Shown here: positions 61,637 to 64,000 of the stretch, piece by piece | Layout of the letters: every line of letters starts with the position of its first letter | How positions within the stretch are numbered: the stretch's first letter is position 1 | Assembly (NCBI GenBank): GCA_965279515.1 | Contig: CBDIID010000003.1 | Span: forward strand, 4,288,001-4,352,000 | From: Turneriella sp. | GTDB taxonomy: Bacteria > Spirochaetota > Leptospiria > Turneriellales > Turneriellaceae | Direction: 5' to 3' | Length of the DNA stretch: 64,000 bases | Program-made: the position numbers and the translations under genes | The notes under the pieces: model-generated | The model's database searches: none | What the model was told of the DNA's origin: nothing | The model's input: only the letters and a program-made list of their open reading frames with translations

Positions 61637-63652
61637 TTAGCCGTGGATAGATTTAAGCTGCTCGATGAGCGATAGCTGTATATACTGGTTGAGCGCCCTG
61701 GTATCCGCTGCATCGTTGCCGAATTTGCGCACAATCTGCGTCGCGGCATTGCCGATCTCGTTTGAGAGAAAGCTTTGCGTGATCTCGGGCAATTTACGCG
61801 TCATCGAATAGAGGCGTTTCGCGCGGGTCGAAACCTCGCTCTCTACCCGCTCGGTGAGTTGTTTGCGTGCATCGCCGAGTTTGATATTCCATAACTCCGC
61901 GAATTTGCGGATCATTTCGGGTGCGGTTTTTTCGCCGATGAGCCGGGTCTCGACCATCGCCAGGATACGGTGCCAGTCTGTGTCTTTAAGCAGGCCTGCG
62001 CCACGCGCAGCCGGCTCTTCTTCTTTTTCCGGTGCAGGCGCGGCAGCCGTACTGATGAGTCCGAACAGGCTTGCGAGAAAACGCAGCAGAGGGTAGCGGT
62101 AGAGGAACGGCAGTTCGGCACGTACACGGCCATAGATCTCGCGGCGGTTGAGTTCGAGCAACAGGTGTATTGGTTTGAAGATCACGCGGTTACCTATAAT
62201 GAAGTAGGTCTCCTGCAGGTTGGTGCTCACGGGGTGGCGGGTGACGACGTGGAAGGCATTGATGATTGCCTGTGGGTTGAGCAGCAACGCCGAAAAAACC
62301 GGTTCCTGGTTTTTCACATACTTGGCCACATCTTCGGCGAAAAATTCGTCGAATTCCATCGCCGAGCGGCTTTCGTTCTTCAGCATCAGCGCATACCACA
62401 TCTTGCGGAAACGCGTGAGCAGTTCAGTGCGCACGCGCTTGCGTTCCGATTCGAAAAAGATCAGCAACGCCTCGCGGTGAATAAAAAATTCCTCTTCGTG
62501 CAGCCGGAATTTCAGCAGCGCCGGCAATAGCTCGCGCTCTTCGGCCTGGAAGACCGAGAATTCGGCGAGCATTTCCTGCACGACGTTTTCAATCTCGTTT
62601 GAGTTGAGAATCGAAGCCATGACTTCGAGTCCCGAAGTTCCTTTTACGACTTTCTGTATGATGTCTGTGCGGTTGAGCAGGGCAGGATAATCCGCCATCA
62701 TGTTGAGAAGTTTTAAGGCATTCTCGCGCACCTTGTCGCGGTTGTTTTTTTCGGATTCGAGCCAGGCTTCATAACCCTTGAATGCCTCGACAATACGCGC
62801 CGCCTGGATCAGGGTCAGCATGCCCTTCTTGTCTTTATCGATCGTAAAATATGCAGCGAGCCGGTTTGCGAGATTCACAAAGTAGAGCGGTATCTCCGCT
62901 TCGTTGTGTGAAAGAATATGCGTGATACGTTCGATGCTCGTCGATTTCTGCGGCATGATGCTCATCATATCTTTGACGAGGTCTTCGCCGAGGCGGTTCT
63001 GCGCCGCGGTCATGATCACGTTTTTCAGTTTCATGAGACTGACTTCCATGAGGATGTCGATCGTCGGCGCTGTCACGGCGACAGGCATGGGCACATCCGT
63101 AAAGCGGAGCAGAATGATGCGTTTTTCTTCTTTCAGACGATGGTTTGAACCGCTGGCGATTTCCTGGACCGGGACTTCGATATGGTTTTCGGGCAGAAGG
63201 TAACGGCGCAGCATATCGTCATCGGGGAAGGGCAATGCCGAATTCGACTGCATCTGCCCGTAATAATCGTCGATAAAGAGCGACGCCGGGTCCGTGAGGC
63301 GGATACGCAGGATCTCCCCGCCGTCGACCTCGATCTCTATGAATTTTTTGTCGCGCAGCCCGTAAGCCGTCTGCGTGATGAGGCGGCGCACGTTGGGCAG
63401 CGTTTTGAGTTTCTGGATATTTTCATCATTGCCGCGGCTGAGCAGGGAGTCGGTGACGCGCGCCGCTGAAAAAGAAATCGTATCATTCTCCACGGCATAG
63501 CGCGCATACGATTCGAGTACGATGAGTTCGTCTTCCAGCAGGGGAATTGCGCGTGCAAACTCCTTGAATTGAATCTCGTCCAGATCTACGTAAAATGGCT
63601 TAAAGTCTGAGGCCACTGTTTCTATTTTCGACACATTGGGCCCAAAATTCAA
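61637..63652 (-). CDS. Large hypothetical protein
   Basis: 671-aa ORF with genome-like composition; no recognised motif. Confidence 0.75.
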   Translation of the reverse strand: MNFGPNVSKIETVASDFKPFYVDLDEIQFKEFARAIPLLEDELIVLESYARYAVENDTISFSAARVTDSLLSRGNDENIQKLKTLPNVRRLITQTAYGLRDKKFIEIEVDGGEILRIRLTDPASLFIDDYYGQMQSNSALPFPDDDMLRRYLLPENHIEVPVQEIASGSNHRLKEEKRIILLRFTDVPMPVAVTAPTIDILMEVSLMKLKNVIMTAAQNRLGEDLVKDMMSIMPQKSTSIERITHILSHNEAEIPLYFVNLANRLAAYFTIDKDKKGMLTLIQAARIVEAFKGYEAWLESEKNNRDKVRENALKLLNMMADYPALLNRTDIIQKVVKGTSGLEVMASILNSNEIENVVQEMLAEFSVFQAEERELLPALLKFRLHEEEFFIHREALLIFFESERKRVRTELLTRFRKMWYALMLKNESRSAMEFDEFFAEDVAKYVKNQEPVFSALLLNPQAIINAFHVVTRHPVSTNLQETYFIIGNRVIFKPIHLLLELNRREIYGRVRAELPFLYRYPLLRFLASLFGLISTAAAPAPEKEEEPAARGAGLLKDTDWHRILAMVETRLIGEKTAPEMIRKFAELWNIKLGDARKQLTERVESEVSTRAKRLYSMTRKLPEITQSFLSNEIGNAATQIVRKFGNDAADTRALNQYIQLSLIEQLKSIHG

Positions 63653-63675
63653 GCCATCGCCGGGGCTAAAGAAAA

Positions 63676-64000
63676 TTAAAAGTGCAGAAAGCGGGTTTCG
63701 AGCGCATACACGCCCGCCTTGGCAAAATCCGCGAAGGCCATGACGCGTGAGAGGCCGAACGGCAGCATCGAGCGGTTAAAGAGCGATTCCCTGACTGCTG
63801 GCAAAATAACGACGTCGACGGCCCGGTTCGCGGGAATACCCAGATCATGGCGCAATGCCTGGAGCGTGCCGGATATCCCCCCCTCGGCGTCGGTCAGGCC
63901 CAAGGCCTGCGCCTTTTTACCGGAAAAGACCCTGCCCGAGGCATGGCGCTCGATCGCAGCCACATCGCGCTTGCGGCCGATGGCGACATCGCGTAAGAAC
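63676..64000 (-). CDS. sppA: Signal peptide peptidase SppA (S49), C-terminal part; starts outside the window
   Basis: F...VA.GR....V...A.GRVFSG..A..LGL.D..GG; frame is open to the window edge. Confidence 0.8.
   Translation of the reverse strand, partial: FLRDVAIGRKRDVAAIERHASGRVFSGKKAQALGLTDAEGGISGTLQALRHDLGIPANRAVDVVILPAVRESLFNRSMLPFGLSRVMAFADFAKAGVYALETRFLHF

Noticed and set aside
1..64000. CRISPR arrays, tRNA or rRNA genes
   Set aside because: No regularly spaced repeats or RNA-gene signatures were seen by eye; intergenic gaps are mostly short. A tRNAscan/Infernal run would be needed to exclude them fully.

Overview
Bacterial chromosomal window, most consistent with a Leptospiraceae spirochaete (Turneriella-like). 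This is an inference from the DUF1564-type gene, spirochaete-like FliM, the short NuoG and several leptospiral-style lipoproteins. Most of the window is housekeeping: sufBCD plus a DUF59 gene, citrate synthase, thrC and a MetB-like enzyme, mraY, LPS glycosyl- and methyltransferases, nuoG-nuoI, pip, fliM, miaB, mlaF/D-like genes, nth, rpoD, ggt and a partial sppA. An accessory block at about 23.6-31.8 kb has two parts. (i) An AT-richer islet carries a DUF1566 lipoprotein gene split inside its signal peptide by an intact IS5-family element with a CTAG duplication, a frameshifted lipoprotein ending in an LDL-receptor-class-A-like motif, and an apparently truncated outer-membrane-like gene. (ii) The main find is a LexA-like repressor divergent from an operon encoding an inactivated RecA/RadA-like protein, a PPB2-like small protein, three further small ORFs and an archaeal-type PolB2-like family B DNA polymerase, with candidate SOS boxes in the shared promoter. 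This looks like a damage-inducible, probably error-prone polymerase cassette. Family assignments come from motif recognition by eye; no searches were run.
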